From: a virus
Taxonomy: Duplodnaviria; Caudoviricetes
Direction: 5' to 3' (one strand)
Length of the DNA stretch: 64,000 nucleotides
Virus record (IMG/VR): IMGVR_UViG_3300032285_003957
Span: 32,001-96,000 of that record
Shown here: piece after piece, positions 1 through 10,460 of the stretch
Position numbering within the stretch: position 1 is the first letter of the stretch
How the letters are laid out: each line of letters begins with the position of its first letter
The notes under the pieces: model-generated
What the model saw: the letters and a program-made list of their open reading frames with translations, nothing else
The model's database searches: none
What the model was told of the DNA's origin: nothing
Position numbers and translations under genes: made by a program

Positions 1-594
1 ATGATTATATCAATAACTGAATCACAATTCAATAGAATTTTTGAACATAAAACTGTCACATGCGATAATTGTGGATGGGAATGGAAATTATCTGATGGTG
101 GTAATGAACCATATAAATGTCATAAATGTGGACATACAAGTGAAGAACAAGATATGGACGAAAGAAGTCGTAGCTTTGCTTTTACCAGAAAAAAAAGAAA
201 GTTTAGTCAACCTGAAAGAATGGCTAACCCTTTGAGATACAAAGAGGTAGATAGAATACCAAAAGAAGAAATAGATGAAACAAGTCGTTCACTTGCGTTA
301 ACAAGAAAGATTAAAATATTTGATAAGACGGCGGTTGAATATGCGCACCCAAGATTCAGTCATCACGTTAAAAGACTAAAAGGTGTTGTTAAAACTAATT
401 TAGACGAGAACGATGTGCCAATATCACCTGACCATATAAAATGGGTGGAGAAGTTTAACGAGGGCGGAAAGGTTATTAGTTGTCCTAATTGTAGAAAAAA
501 ATTTATACAAACAACACATAAGAAAAAGAAATCATTACCGATATGTCCCACATGTGGGACACACGTTCAACAAGATAAAAAGGAGGGCGAATAA
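1..594 (+). CDS. hypothetical protein with two CxxC zinc ribbons and an ITESQ-type N-terminal leader (may be 5' partial)
   Basis: CDNC..CHKC and CPNC..CPTC motifs; N-terminus MIISITESQF resembles other candidate virion proteins. Confidence 0.7.
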   Translation: MIISITESQFNRIFEHKTVTCDNCGWEWKLSDGGNEPYKCHKCGHTSEEQDMDERSRSFAFTRKKRKFSQPERMANPLRYKEVDRIPKEEIDETSRSLALTRKIKIFDKTAVEYAHPRFSHHVKRLKGVVKTNLDENDVPISPDHIKWVEKFNEGGKVISCPNCRKKFIQTTHKKKKSLPICPTCGTHVQQDKKEGE

Positions 595-630
595 CCCTCC
601 TTATTTATTTAGACCTTGTGATTAGTTTAT

Positions 631-1515
631 TTAGAATTTAGTTCCGCAATTTGGGCAGAACTTATGTGTGTCTTTTTTTCTCTTACTACCACACTCTGTG
701 CAGTAAGTAACCAAATCTTCTCTCATAATTGGTTTAGTTGATTGTGGTTTGATTTTCCACCAATTTGTCATAAATGGATAACTATTAAATGATGTGTTAT
801 CGTATGTGAAAGATTGGTTAGAATTTGAACCTTTTTCTACTCTACCGGTTTCTACTTTTCTCAATGGTGAAATTGGTGGTTCTTGTGAAACAAATGTTCT
901 AATATTTGAAGTAGAGCTTGTTAAAGAAGAGTTATAAAACGCATTTGTGCTCGTTGTTGTAAAAGTCCCATGAGTTGGTATTGTCATACCACCCAAAGTA
1001 TTATGCGTTGTATAAGTAAACGGTGTGGTATTATTAACATTCCAAGATGGGCTGTTAATTGTTAACGTATTTGCACCATTATAATATGAAAGTGTTTCAT
1101 TATAGAACTTAACAACTACATCACCATTGTTGGCGATTGCTTGTTTAACCTCCTCGTTATTCCCATTTACAACGTATGTTTCAAACAAAAACTTCTTCGC
1201 CTCATCAAGATATCTTTCAAGAAAGATACGTTCACCAGGACGAAGTATAATACCATTACCAATGGAATTACCGTTCATCTCGATTTTTGCTAAAATTTTA
1301 TTTTGTGTGGGGTTGTAAAGTTCGATTTCGAACTCATCACCGTTATTAAGATAAACGGTGTCAATGTGCTGTTTTAATCTTTGTTTACTCTTAGTAATAA
1401 AAGATTGTGGCGCAGCAAAACCAGTTGTGTTAACTGAAATTCTTCTGTTCATTTCCTTATATTTTTTTGTATTTGAACCCGAATTCGTTGGTATCAATTC
1501 CAACTCAAATGCCAC
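631..1515 (-). CDS. hypothetical protein with C-terminal zinc ribbon
   Basis: 294-aa ORF ending CTECG..CPNCG. Confidence 0.7.
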   Translation of the reverse strand: MAFELELIPTNSGSNTKKYKEMNRRISVNTTGFAAPQSFITKSKQRLKQHIDTVYLNNGDEFEIELYNPTQNKILAKIEMNGNSIGNGIILRPGERIFLERYLDEAKKFLFETYVVNGNNEEVKQAIANNGDVVVKFYNETLSYYNGANTLTINSPSWNVNNTTPFTYTTHNTLGGMTIPTHGTFTTTSTNAFYNSSLTSSTSNIRTFVSQEPPISPLRKVETGRVEKGSNSNQSFTYDNTSFNSYPFMTNWWKIKPQSTKPIMREDLVTYCTECGSKRKKDTHKFCPNCGTKF

Positions 1516-1618
1516 AAGGACACTTCCGATTCAACCACAAGGTCTATTAATAAGTATGAAAAATTTTAAAAAAGGTAAAGAGTATTTATAATAATAAACT
1601 AATACAAACGAAAAACAT

Positions 1619-2470
1619 ATGTTATTAAAATTAGGATCTGAAGGAGAAGATGTAAAAAAACTCCAAACTAAATTGGGTGTGGACCCTATAGGTAAGTTCG
1701 GACCTAAAACCGAAGCAGCTGTTAAAGCTTGGCAATCTGAACACGGTTTATCTGCAGATGGAATTGTTGGTGACAAAACATGGGCGGTTATTATGGGTAT
1801 TTCAGAATCAACACCAGTAAGTGCACCAACAGTAATTACTGAACCCGCACCTGTTAAAAGTGTCGGCGGTTTAAAATTAGAAGCCTTAAGAGGTCATGTT
1901 CCTGATGCTGTTATTGCACAGATTCCTGATACCGCGGCTAAATTTGAAATCAATACACCTTTGCGTTTAGCTCACTTCTTGGCACAATGTGGTCACGAAT
2001 CAGGTGGATTTAGATTAACAAAAGAAAATTTAAATTATTCTGCAAAAGGTCTAAATGGAACGTTTAAAAAATATTTCCCAACATTAGATTCGGCTTTACC
2101 ATATGAAAGAAAACCTGAAAAAATTGCCAATAGAGTATATGGTGGTAGAATGGGTAACGGCCCTGAATCATCTGGAGATGGTGCAAAATATTGCGGTCGT
2201 GGTTATATCCAATTAACCGGTAAAGACAACTACACAGCATTTGGTAAATCAATCAATGAGGATATTTGTTCAGCACCTGAAAAAGTTGCATCATCATATG
2301 CATTATTATCAGCAGCTTGGTTCTTTAATAAGAATAAGTTACATATTATGGCAGACGGCGGCGCAAGCGATGCTGTTGTAACATCAATTACGAAAAGAGT
2401 GAATGGTGGAACAATTGGTCTTCCTGACCGTATCAAACACTTTAACGAATTTTATAATTTATTAAAATAA
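1619..2470 (+). CDS. endolysin: peptidoglycan-binding domain plus GH19-type lysozyme
   Basis: N-terminal LKLGSEGEDVKKLQ..DGIVGDKT PG-binding motif; AHFLAQCGHES, YCGRGYIQLTG and TKRVNGG GH19 motifs. Confidence 0.9.
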   Translation: MLLKLGSEGEDVKKLQTKLGVDPIGKFGPKTEAAVKAWQSEHGLSADGIVGDKTWAVIMGISESTPVSAPTVITEPAPVKSVGGLKLEALRGHVPDAVIAQIPDTAAKFEINTPLRLAHFLAQCGHESGGFRLTKENLNYSAKGLNGTFKKYFPTLDSALPYERKPEKIANRVYGGRMGNGPESSGDGAKYCGRGYIQLTGKDNYTAFGKSINEDICSAPEKVASSYALLSAAWFFNKNKLHIMADGGASDAVVTSITKRVNGGTIGLPDRIKHFNEFYNLLK

Positions 2471-2499
2471 AAAAAAGGGACTTTATAGTCCCTTTTTTA
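2471..2499. terminator. bidirectional intrinsic terminator
   Basis: aaaaaaagggact-ttat-agtccctttttt between convergent genes. Confidence 0.85.
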
Positions 2500-4093
2500 T
2501 TTCACCCAAATCAGCATATTCAGGTTTTACTTCGCTTGTTTCTTTAATTTTTTCTATTACCGATAAGAATTGTTTTTGACTTAAAATGTAAGCGTAACGC
2601 TCGTTACGATGTTCTGTTTCGGTTTCAAGTGTGTAAAATTTATGATTGTTGTTATCCACATTTACATATTCTGAAACAACATACATATCAACATCACCAT
2701 CAGGTAATTCATATGGGATGTCAATTGTGTTAACATGTTTATATCTATCGTCATAATAAACGCCATCATGTTTTAACCAATCACTATCATTTACATTGTA
2801 TATTCCATATAGATAGCTACTGTCTTGATAAACCCTAACGTTCTTATCTTTTTTACCATAGTATGCAACGCTACATGAATGTTCAATAAAATATTTAACC
2901 AAGTATGAAATACCACCAACACCAAGAACGTTCAATCTATTGTTTAAAGATGCTGCATCTTGTTTAATTGTTTTGATGTAATCAAATAATGGTTTACTAC
3001 CAAAACGCTCAAATATCGTATCATTTTCGGTCATGTTGATGTAGGCTTTTCTTAAATCCTCATCCATATATTCCCATGAAACTGGTTTGGTAATTAACTT
3101 ACCTCTATGTATGTATTGTCTTTGTAATGAACCTGAAAGACTCGCAAACTCATATTGTGAACCTTCTGTTTCAGAAATTCTATCAACAATATCGCTTGAA
3201 TCTTCAATTTCGGTTGATTCATCATATTTAACAGCGACAATTTTATCAAGATGTGCTTCTAATTTTGGATATGTTTGAAGTAATTTTTCACGAGAAAATT
3301 CAGGGTCAGAACCGTTATTTAAAATGCTTGTAACTCTAAAGCCTGAACGAGTATCTGCAGATGTTTGTAAAGCTGATAAATAATATTGTGCAACTTGCGG
3401 ATTAGTTTCGACTGCAGGACTTTTAGTTTCGTCAATAACAAAATAGAATGTTCTTGGATATGTTCTATTTCTATAACTCACATATAAGTTATCATTTCTA
3501 TTCCATCTTGTTGTGCACCATTGCATATGCGACTCTGGTTGATTTTTGAAAAAATCACTATTCGTTACATATTGTTCATAATAACCAAAATAAATTGAGC
3601 TTTTTCTATCAGGTATCGCATAAACTCTAAAATCACCTTCATCAATGATTAGGTATTCATTTTGACCATACCATAATTCTTTTGAAGCCTCAACCAATTT
3701 ATCATTTGGTTTTAAATCGTGACCTTTTAATGCTGCAGGAACTTTGGATTCAACTGGCTGTGGTGTGTTACCATCACTATTTGGTAAATCGGTAAAAAAT
3801 TCACCGATTAAAAATCTCATTTGTTGGTATGAAAATTTTTGAGGTATTGTTAAATCCTCATCTTTAAAATCGTTAAATTTACGTTTAAATCTTTTAATTT
3901 GAGGTAGTTGTGGACCAAGTCTCTTTGAATTTTTTAGTTCAACATATTTCATTATCAAATACTCACCTTCAGCTTTTTGAGCTTCAGTCGGTTCAGGACC
4001 ATACCAAACATTAATCAAGTTCAATAACTTCTTGTCTTTTATCTCTTCCAATACCAAATCAAAGACAATATCAGCAATTTTTATCATATCCAA
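2483..4093 (-). CDS. hypothetical protein
   Basis: 536-aa ORF with upstream TATTTAT motifs. Confidence 0.7.
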   Translation of the reverse strand: MDMIKIADIVFDLVLEEIKDKKLLNLINVWYGPEPTEAQKAEGEYLIMKYVELKNSKRLGPQLPQIKRFKRKFNDFKDEDLTIPQKFSYQQMRFLIGEFFTDLPNSDGNTPQPVESKVPAALKGHDLKPNDKLVEASKELWYGQNEYLIIDEGDFRVYAIPDRKSSIYFGYYEQYVTNSDFFKNQPESHMQWCTTRWNRNDNLYVSYRNRTYPRTFYFVIDETKSPAVETNPQVAQYYLSALQTSADTRSGFRVTSILNNGSDPEFSREKLLQTYPKLEAHLDKIVAVKYDESTEIEDSSDIVDRISETEGSQYEFASLSGSLQRQYIHRGKLITKPVSWEYMDEDLRKAYINMTENDTIFERFGSKPLFDYIKTIKQDAASLNNRLNVLGVGGISYLVKYFIEHSCSVAYYGKKDKNVRVYQDSSYLYGIYNVNDSDWLKHDGVYYDDRYKHVNTIDIPYELPDGDVDMYVVSEYVNVDNNNHKFYTLETETEHRNERYAYILSQKQFLSVIEKIKETSEVKPEYADLGEIKKGL

Positions 4094-4143
4094 ATAAATA
4101 TACTATAAATATCTAACAATAGGAATAATTATCGATAAGAGAT

Positions 4144-4713
4144 ATGCCAAACGAATTTTTAACTAAAGTAGGATATTACGATATCTACATCAACAAAACA
4201 TCTAAATCCACAAAATATATTGTGGATAGCGGTAAAACGATTTTTATAGCCAAATTAAGGAAGTATATTATCAATCCGTATAGAGATTGTAAGGAGTTTA
4301 CATCATTGGAAAAAGCTAAGGAATACGCTCAAAATACACTTAAAAAGAAAGCTAAAGTTAAACAAAAGAAAATTGATAAATTACCTAAGTCACTTTATTT
4401 AGTCTTAATTAAAGAAGAGAGTTCAGGTAAAACGTTTGTTAAGGTTGGTATTACTTCTAAGCGATTCATTATGCGACGTTTCAGTAAAGCTTATGGATAT
4501 GAGGGATATGTAGTTGATACAATCCTAAGAAGAATCGATGATGTTGATGCTGAGAAATTGGAATCACAAATTAAAGACAAACTAAATAAAAAAAGGTCTG
4601 TTAAAAAATACAGACCTCTTTTGGAATCGTTTTCGGGTTATTCCGAGTGTTTTGATTATATGTGTTTAAATGAGATAATTGAAATTTTTGATTCTTGTGT
4701 TAATAAATCTTAA
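4144..4713 (+). CDS. GIY-YIG-like (T5orf172/MUG113-type) nuclease domain protein
   Basis: LYLVLI..FVKVGIT..R..E..SECF pattern. Confidence 0.55.
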   Translation: MPNEFLTKVGYYDIYINKTSKSTKYIVDSGKTIFIAKLRKYIINPYRDCKEFTSLEKAKEYAQNTLKKKAKVKQKKIDKLPKSLYLVLIKEESSGKTFVKVGITSKRFIMRRFSKAYGYEGYVVDTILRRIDDVDAEKLESQIKDKLNKKRSVKKYRPLLESFSGYSECFDYMCLNEIIEIFDSCVNKS

Positions 4714-5066
4714 GCTCCTGCAACACTTACCATTAATTTACCATTTTGTGCATATACTGTTGCTTGTTTGATGCTTGGACTTTGAATCATAATTTCATCA
4801 CCGGGTTTAAATGTTAAACTATCTTTTGGTAATATAGTCATGTTTTGGGTTATCAATACACCGCCTTTTGCTGGTTTACCTTTTACAGGTCCAACAACTG
4901 TGCAAGTTTGATTTCTTAATTTGGTTACTAAACCATCGTAAAAAGATCTATCAGATACTGCTTGACTTATTGATGTTGTTAAACTACCTCCCATAGAGGA
5001 TTGTTGTTCATTTAATTGATTGTCAATAATTTTTTTGATTTGTGATTCTGTGAAAATATATTTCAT
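4710..5066 (-). CDS. hypothetical (candidate virion) protein with TESQ..LNE leader
   Basis: MKYIFTESQIKKIIDNQLNE. Confidence 0.65.
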   Translation of the reverse strand: MKYIFTESQIKKIIDNQLNEQQSSMGGSLTTSISQAVSDRSFYDGLVTKLRNQTCTVVGPVKGKPAKGGVLITQNMTILPKDSLTFKPGDEIMIQSPSIKQATVYAQNGKLMVSVAGA

Positions 5067-5067
5067 A

Positions 5068-5406
5068 CTATTTTGTTTTTGGAGTTCTTGTTGCTTTTGG
5101 TTTTTTTACCAACGTCGTTTCTAATTTATCGTTTTCAACTCTAAGAAAATCAACAGTAACTTTAAGTTCGGCCACTTGACGGGTTAAATCTAACACCATT
5201 TTTCTTAATTCATCCTTTTCTTTTGCTGCAGATTCTAATAACGCTTCCAATTTAGAAATACGGTCTTTACAATCGTGTCTAATAAAGTCTTCGTCTTTTT
5301 CTTTATGCATTGCGCGTTTTTCATAGTAACGCCATGCGCTCGCTGATCCTAAAACAGTAATCATTGTTCCTAAAACCGCATATAATGTGTTCATGTCTTG
5401 TGCCAT
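5068..5406 (-). CDS. single-TM coiled-coil membrane protein
   Basis: hydrophobic N-terminal helix followed by heptad-rich segment. Confidence 0.65.
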   Translation of the reverse strand: MAQDMNTLYAVLGTMITVLGSASAWRYYEKRAMHKEKDEDFIRHDCKDRISKLEALLESAAKEKDELRKMVLDLTRQVAELKVTVDFLRVENDKLETTLVKKPKATRTPKTK

Positions 5407-5655
5407 CGTTTATATAAATAGTGTAATACAAAATAAAGTTTTAAACTTTTTTAAGCGTGTCGACCCAAAAACGCAAATTAATTTTTACCTGACAAATTGT
5501 CACCTTCAAAACCCACCCTTTTACCCACATATGCTTAATAGAAACCTTCATAGAAATGTGGGAGTTTTTTAATAATTTATTAATCTAATATAATTGTTAT
5601 CGCTTTTGTTTTTTATATTTATTAGTAATAAAATAAAACCAAAAACCAAAAAAAA

Positions 5656-6312
5656 ATGAGACTAGATCAATTAGCATCAAGAGTAGCGATACTCGAATCT
5701 AAAGTGAACTTTTTAATGACTGGTGAGTATGTTGCACCAGCATCATTAGACAATGTTACAGCAATGGACATTGACGCAAGATTAACATTAGTTGAAACTA
5801 CAGTTGACATGTTAGTAGCACAAAAAACTCAAGAAGTTATGACTACTATTGCTACTGCAGATTCTTCTGATGGCACAACGCCAAATGTTGACGCAATTGT
5901 TGCGTTATCACCAAGTGCCACCTTTCCAGAAGCATCAGACATCGTTAGTGCTGTGGTTCAATCACAAGTTGAATTACCTGCTATCGAATCTGAAACAGCT
6001 GCCGCAGCAGTTGCTACAGCAGTTGCAACAGTTGTTACAGCACAACCAGAAGTAGTTACTGATTCTGAAAAGATGATAGAAACTATTTTAGATGCGTTAA
6101 TCAACCAACCAGCGGTACCTGCAGGAACAGAAGCTGACCAAGCTGTTGATGCAGTAAGTGCAATTATTGCTAACGTTACAGGTGAGGATATTACAGAAGA
6201 AGTTAAAGCACAAATTATAGAAGCGATTACTTCTGATTCTGATCCTGTATTAGATGCTATTGAAGCACGTTTAGATGTGGTTGAAGCAAAATATAATACA
6301 TTGGTAAAATAA
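5656..6312 (+). CDS. acidic Ala/Val/Thr-rich hypothetical protein
   Basis: 218-aa ORF between TATTTAT motif and terminator. Confidence 0.7.
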   Translation: MRLDQLASRVAILESKVNFLMTGEYVAPASLDNVTAMDIDARLTLVETTVDMLVAQKTQEVMTTIATADSSDGTTPNVDAIVALSPSATFPEASDIVSAVVQSQVELPAIESETAAAAVATAVATVVTAQPEVVTDSEKMIETILDALINQPAVPAGTEADQAVDAVSAIIANVTGEDITEEVKAQIIEAITSDSDPVLDAIEARLDVVEAKYNTLVK

Positions 6313-6334
6313 TTAATTTAGATTATTTTTCATA

Positions 6335-6361
6335 AACCCTCCATATTGGAGGGTTTTTTTT
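6335..6361 (+). terminator. intrinsic terminator
   Basis: aaaccctcc-atatt-ggagggtttttt. Confidence 0.8.
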
Positions 6362-6390
6362 GTGAGTATTTTTTTGTATATTAAATTAAT

Positions 6391-6942
6391 ATGAGTAAGA
6401 TAATTAATTTTTTTGGTGGTCCTGGTATCGGTAAATCTACTCAAGCATCGGGGTTATTTACTGAGATGAAAAAACACCATATGAGTGTTGAATATACATA
6501 TGAATTTCCTAAAGAAGTTGCTTGGGAAGGGAATATCTCTCAATTGAAAGATCAATTCTTTATTACAGCAAATCAACATAGAAATATAAGTAGGCTTTAT
6601 GATAAAGTGGATTACATTATTGTGGATTCACCTATTATCCTTGGTTGTTTTTATGAACAGCGCTACGGTGAGGGGTATCCAGCATCACACTACGGTATGT
6701 CTGGATTAAGTAAATTTTTATGGAGCCTATTCAAACAATATGATAATATAAACATACTTTTAACTAGAAATAATGAAACATATGATACAAATGGTAGATT
6801 ACAGAATTTACTAGAGGCTCAAGAAATTGATGCGGATATTAAGCTTACATTGGACATTAACAATATATCTTATAGCGAATTTTCTGTTCATAATGATACT
6901 CCTTTGGAGATTTATAGGTATTTAATAGAAAACAAGTTATGA
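6391..6942 (+). CDS. P-loop ATPase/nucleotide kinase (NadR/AAA_28-like)
   Basis: GGPGIGKST Walker A; YIIVDSP Walker B. Confidence 0.75.
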   Translation: MSKIINFFGGPGIGKSTQASGLFTEMKKHHMSVEYTYEFPKEVAWEGNISQLKDQFFITANQHRNISRLYDKVDYIIVDSPIILGCFYEQRYGEGYPASHYGMSGLSKFLWSLFKQYDNINILLTRNNETYDTNGRLQNLLEAQEIDADIKLTLDINNISYSEFSVHNDTPLEIYRYLIENKL

Positions 6943-7601
6943 AAAAAACATTAAAGAATTTTTGGTTACCAACATTAATAGGCTTCGGTCTTTTTATCTT
7001 ATCTTTTGTGGCTGCAAATGCTCAAGATTTAGTTACAATTAAACATACTAATTACACAACCATATTTAGTAAATCTAAAAAATACCCAGTAAAAGTGGAG
7101 TGGTGGATTACAAAAGCTAAGGTTGGTTGTCCAGCACCATTGGCTAGAAAGGATAAATTTGCCCCCGATCCATTATTACCAAATGAAACTGATTTAATGG
7201 ATGATTATAAAGGTAGTGGCACTGATAGAGGACATAACATGCCTGCCGCTGAAAACCAATGTCAAACACAAGATGTTCAAGATGAATGTTTTTATTTTTC
7301 TAATATGACCGCTCAATATCATTCTTTAAATGCGGGTGATTGGAAATCATTAGAAGTTTTAGAGAGACAATTTGCTATGGATCAAGATTCTGTTCACGTT
7401 TGGTGCGGTAGTGTTGGTGAAGCTAAAAGAATAGGTAAAGTTGCTGTTCCAAAAACATGTTGGAAAGTTGTTTACATTGTAAAATCAAAAGAATATTTTG
7501 CTTATATATTTGAAAACACGCCTGATAAACCAAGTGGTTTAAATTCACATAAAGTGGAAGTATCAGATGTGGAAAAATTAAGTGGATTTAAATTTAAATA
7601 A
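6939..7601 (+). CDS. secreted DNA/RNA non-specific endonuclease (NucA family)
   Basis: signal peptide; DRGH and NMTAQ..LN...W..LE motifs. Confidence 0.9.
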   Translation: MKKTLKNFWLPTLIGFGLFILSFVAANAQDLVTIKHTNYTTIFSKSKKYPVKVEWWITKAKVGCPAPLARKDKFAPDPLLPNETDLMDDYKGSGTDRGHNMPAAENQCQTQDVQDECFYFSNMTAQYHSLNAGDWKSLEVLERQFAMDQDSVHVWCGSVGEAKRIGKVAVPKTCWKVVYIVKSKEYFAYIFENTPDKPSGLNSHKVEVSDVEKLSGFKFK

Positions 7602-7810
7602 TGTTACCAAGGGAGTTCATCAATTATCAAGACAAGTTATACTGGGTTTATAGAAAAATAAAACAATCACAAATTAAAGAAGGTTCAATTTCTGAATTAA
7701 AGGAATTTTGGATGTGTGATATGGTTGTCAAAAGTAGAAATCAAACTGATGAACTCCTTTTATTTATGAGAGAGATTGAGGAGGCTAAAATTGCGAAGGA
7801 TTTTATCTAA
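7601..7810 (+). CDS. hypothetical protein
   Basis: translationally coupled 69-aa ORF. Confidence 0.6.
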   Translation: MLPREFINYQDKLYWVYRKIKQSQIKEGSISELKEFWMCDMVVKSRNQTDELLLFMREIEEAKIAKDFI

Positions 7811-8201
7811 TATTTTTTCTAATTTCGTTTAGACAAATTTTAGCATATTTCAATTCGTTTCTTTTGGCCTCTTTTTCATATGGGTTGGTAGAATAATAAT
7901 ATTCCTTTTCATATTTGCGGTATTGAGGGCCAGATTGTAAATAATGAGTATATTCGTGGATGACTGTTGCAACAATTTCATAAGAACTTTCACAATTTGG
8001 TGCATAAATAACCATTCTATTTCGATAAAAACAATAATTACCCATAAATTCAAATCGACCCTTTTTTCTTGACCAATTCATTACAACAAAATCCAATTTT
8101 TTTCTTTTCCTTTCGTTAATACCAAGGTTTTTCCTACACCACTTTATGGCTTCATTAGCATATAGCTTTTTTAAATCTATATTTTGCTGTTTTTTAGCCA
8201 T
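7803..8201 (-). CDS. putative zinc metallopeptidase-like protein
   Basis: HEYTH (HExxH) and PYEKEA motif. Confidence 0.65.
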   Translation of the reverse strand: MAKKQQNIDLKKLYANEAIKWCRKNLGINERKRKKLDFVVMNWSRKKGRFEFMGNYCFYRNRMVIYAPNCESSYEIVATVIHEYTHYLQSGPQYRKYEKEYYYSTNPYEKEAKRNELKYAKICLNEIRKNIR

Positions 8202-8553
8202 TTTTGGTTTTATCGGTTTTAATAACCCTGTTTTGACGTTTAGTTGTTTTAGTGAATTCGTTTACCGAATCGTAATTGTTTGAGATATCTTTTAAAATCG
8301 CAGCAAATTCATAATTTTCTAATTCTTCGTTCTTTTTCCATAAAACTATAACAAAAGCTTTCATTTCCAAATCGCTAACTTGTGCTCTCATTTTGATGGC
8401 ACCTTTCATTAATTTAAAAACCATGTATAAAACCCCCATTTTGCTTTCTTGAGGTAGACTAAAGTAGTTGTTAACGCTAACATTTGTTAGTATGTTATTC
8501 GTAACATTATCCAAAAATTGAATAAAAGATGGGTGGTTTACGTTAAGTTTCAT
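8194..8553 (-). CDS. hypothetical protein
   Basis: 119-aa ORF with upstream TATTTATA. Confidence 0.6.
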   Translation of the reverse strand: MKLNVNHPSFIQFLDNVTNNILTNVSVNNYFSLPQESKMGVLYMVFKLMKGAIKMRAQVSDLEMKAFVIVLWKKNEELENYEFAAILKDISNNYDSVNEFTKTTKRQNRVIKTDKTKNG

Positions 8554-8651
8554 GTTTTCGTTTTTTTATAAATAGTGGCTAAAAAATCATTAAATTAAAA
8601 AAGGGATAAATTTATTTTTACCCCCTTTTTGTCATTTTTTCTACTTTTTGG

Positions 8652-9011
8652 TTATTTTCCCCATTTACCGTTTTTAACCAATTGTGCGATAATTGAATAA
8701 ACCGATAAATCTTGATAAGTGTCATCTACAGCTTCACCAACGTTATCCTGAGCTCCTAAAACAACAAGTTGTTTGATTCTTTGAATCTTATCATTCATTC
8801 TAAACCATAGCCCCATTTGGGATAATTTGCGGTCATCCTCCTTAGATAGGTCTTTACCTAAAGCGATGTTGTCAGGACCATAATTTGATTGCTTTTTACA
8901 AAACGTCTCATATTGCTCCCTCATTATTCTTTTAAATTCTTTGGTCATTTCAGGATACATTTCCTCAATTTCCTTGATTACTGGGTTGATTTGTTGTTTA
9001 TCTTCTGCCAT
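8652..9011 (-). CDS. DUF1599/nucleotide-modification-associated domain protein
   Basis: KKQSNYG..RMNDKIQR..DTYQDLSVYSII pattern. Confidence 0.7.
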   Translation of the reverse strand: MAEDKQQINPVIKEIEEMYPEMTKEFKRIMREQYETFCKKQSNYGPDNIALGKDLSKEDDRKLSQMGLWFRMNDKIQRIKQLVVLGAQDNVGEAVDDTYQDLSVYSIIAQLVKNGKWGK

Positions 9012-9082
9012 AATTTTGTTATTTGTTATAATATAACGATTTTTAATTGTAATACAAAATATTTATATAAAAACATTAACAA

Positions 9083-9331
9083 ATGGCTTCTAACGCATAC
9101 AAACAATCTTTAGAAAAGGGTATAGGCACAACGTCCGACCAACCAAAACACAAGAGATTAATTAAAATGTTAACTTTTAGAGTGGTTCCCGCTTATTATA
9201 AGGAAATCGAGAAGGTTGCAAACGAAAAGGGTATCACAACCTCTAAATTAATCAGAACATACATTAAGGAAGGTATGAAAAGAGACGGTGAATTATCGTC
9301 AAAAGAAGAAAAGGACTTCGGTTTATCTTAA
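9083..9331 (+). CDS. ribbon-helix-helix-like DNA-binding protein
   Basis: MLTFRV..YKEIEKVA..GITTSKLIRTYI. Confidence 0.55.
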   Translation: MASNAYKQSLEKGIGTTSDQPKHKRLIKMLTFRVVPAYYKEIEKVANEKGITTSKLIRTYIKEGMKRDGELSSKEEKDFGLS

Positions 9332-9335
9332 TCAT

Positions 9336-9665
9336 ATGGAAAAACTAATAATCAGCGAAAATATCGTTAAAAACGTCTTAGAATCGATTTTAAACGAGGA
9401 AACTTCAAAGGTTCGACGCGAAGAATATAACAAAGTTCAGTTTAGAATTGAAGAACTTGAAAATTCACTAAGCGAAACCCTAAAAGAATTTAGAAAACTA
9501 CAAGATTCTTTACCTGACGGCCTAAAAACCGTTGCAAACGGTAGAATTTCTTCAATTTCGTCTAATTTAAATGATGCAAACAAATTAATTGACGAATTGA
9601 AAGTTAAAATAAGAAAACACAAGAAAAGTTCATACATCCAACAGGTGGATGAGAAGAAAAAATGA
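9336..9665 (+). CDS. coiled-coil hypothetical protein with ISE..LNE leader
   Basis: start moved to ATG 9336; MEKLIISENIVKNVLESILNE. Confidence 0.6.
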   Translation: MEKLIISENIVKNVLESILNEETSKVRREEYNKVQFRIEELENSLSETLKEFRKLQDSLPDGLKTVANGRISSISSNLNDANKLIDELKVKIRKHKKSSYIQQVDEKKK

Positions 9666-9994
9666 TAAAATTCACAGATTTACTTAACGAATCGGAAGAA
9701 AAGGGTTTTGAAGAATTTTCTTCAAAACGTTTAAAAGGTGCAACCAAAATTGCGGACCAAGCTAAAGAAAAAGGTGGTCCATCTATGTTAACTTATCACC
9801 ATTTCCACGTTAAATTACCATATTATAATGACGCATCAGAAGGTAAATTTAATTTTGCGGCGGCAGTAAAGGAATTTGATAATTGTGTAAATAAATTAGC
9901 TGAAAAAATGGACAATATGGGACAAATCGAGTTCCAAAAGTTAATGGGTCGTATCGAGGTCCTTGGCGAATTGATAATTAAACATAAAGCTTAG
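9662..9994 (+). CDS. hypothetical protein
   Basis: coupled ORF, N-terminus MIKFTDLLNE. Confidence 0.6.
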   Translation: MIKFTDLLNESEEKGFEEFSSKRLKGATKIADQAKEKGGPSMLTYHHFHVKLPYYNDASEGKFNFAAAVKEFDNCVNKLAEKMDNMGQIEFQKLMGRIEVLGELIIKHKA

Positions 9995-10353
9995 TTATTT
10001 TCATCATCCTCCAATTTTTTTAAATAGGCTTTTCCTTCTTTAGTTAAAAAAAACATTTCTTCGGTATTATCATCCGAATACGAATCAAGCATACCCTTAT
10101 CTTTTAACTCATTTAATACATTACCGGCAATAATGTGTTTTAAAAGTTGCTCAAACTCGTCCTCAGTATACATTTCTTCAAAATCATCATCAAGTCTACC
10201 GTTTATGAATTTTTCAGTTAAATCATCTAAAATATATTCACGAACAAAATCAAAATTGGTGATTCCATATTCAATAAAGAAGTTAGATTCGGATAAACCT
10301 TCAATTAGCTCATCGGTTTTTTCAATTACAATAGGCTGATATACTTTTGGCAT
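9991..10353 (-). CDS. acidic hypothetical protein
   Basis: 120-aa ORF. Confidence 0.6.
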   Translation of the reverse strand: MPKVYQPIVIEKTDELIEGLSESNFFIEYGITNFDFVREYILDDLTEKFINGRLDDDFEEMYTEDEFEQLLKHIIAGNVLNELKDKGMLDSYSDDNTEEMFFLTKEGKAYLKKLEDDENN

Positions 10354-10460
10354 TGCATTACATATTTTAATAAAAAATAAACAAAAAATACTATAGAAAA
10401 AAATTGTAAGGGTTTTAAATCCAATGTTTTTTTGTTATATTCTAATATAAAATTTTAATA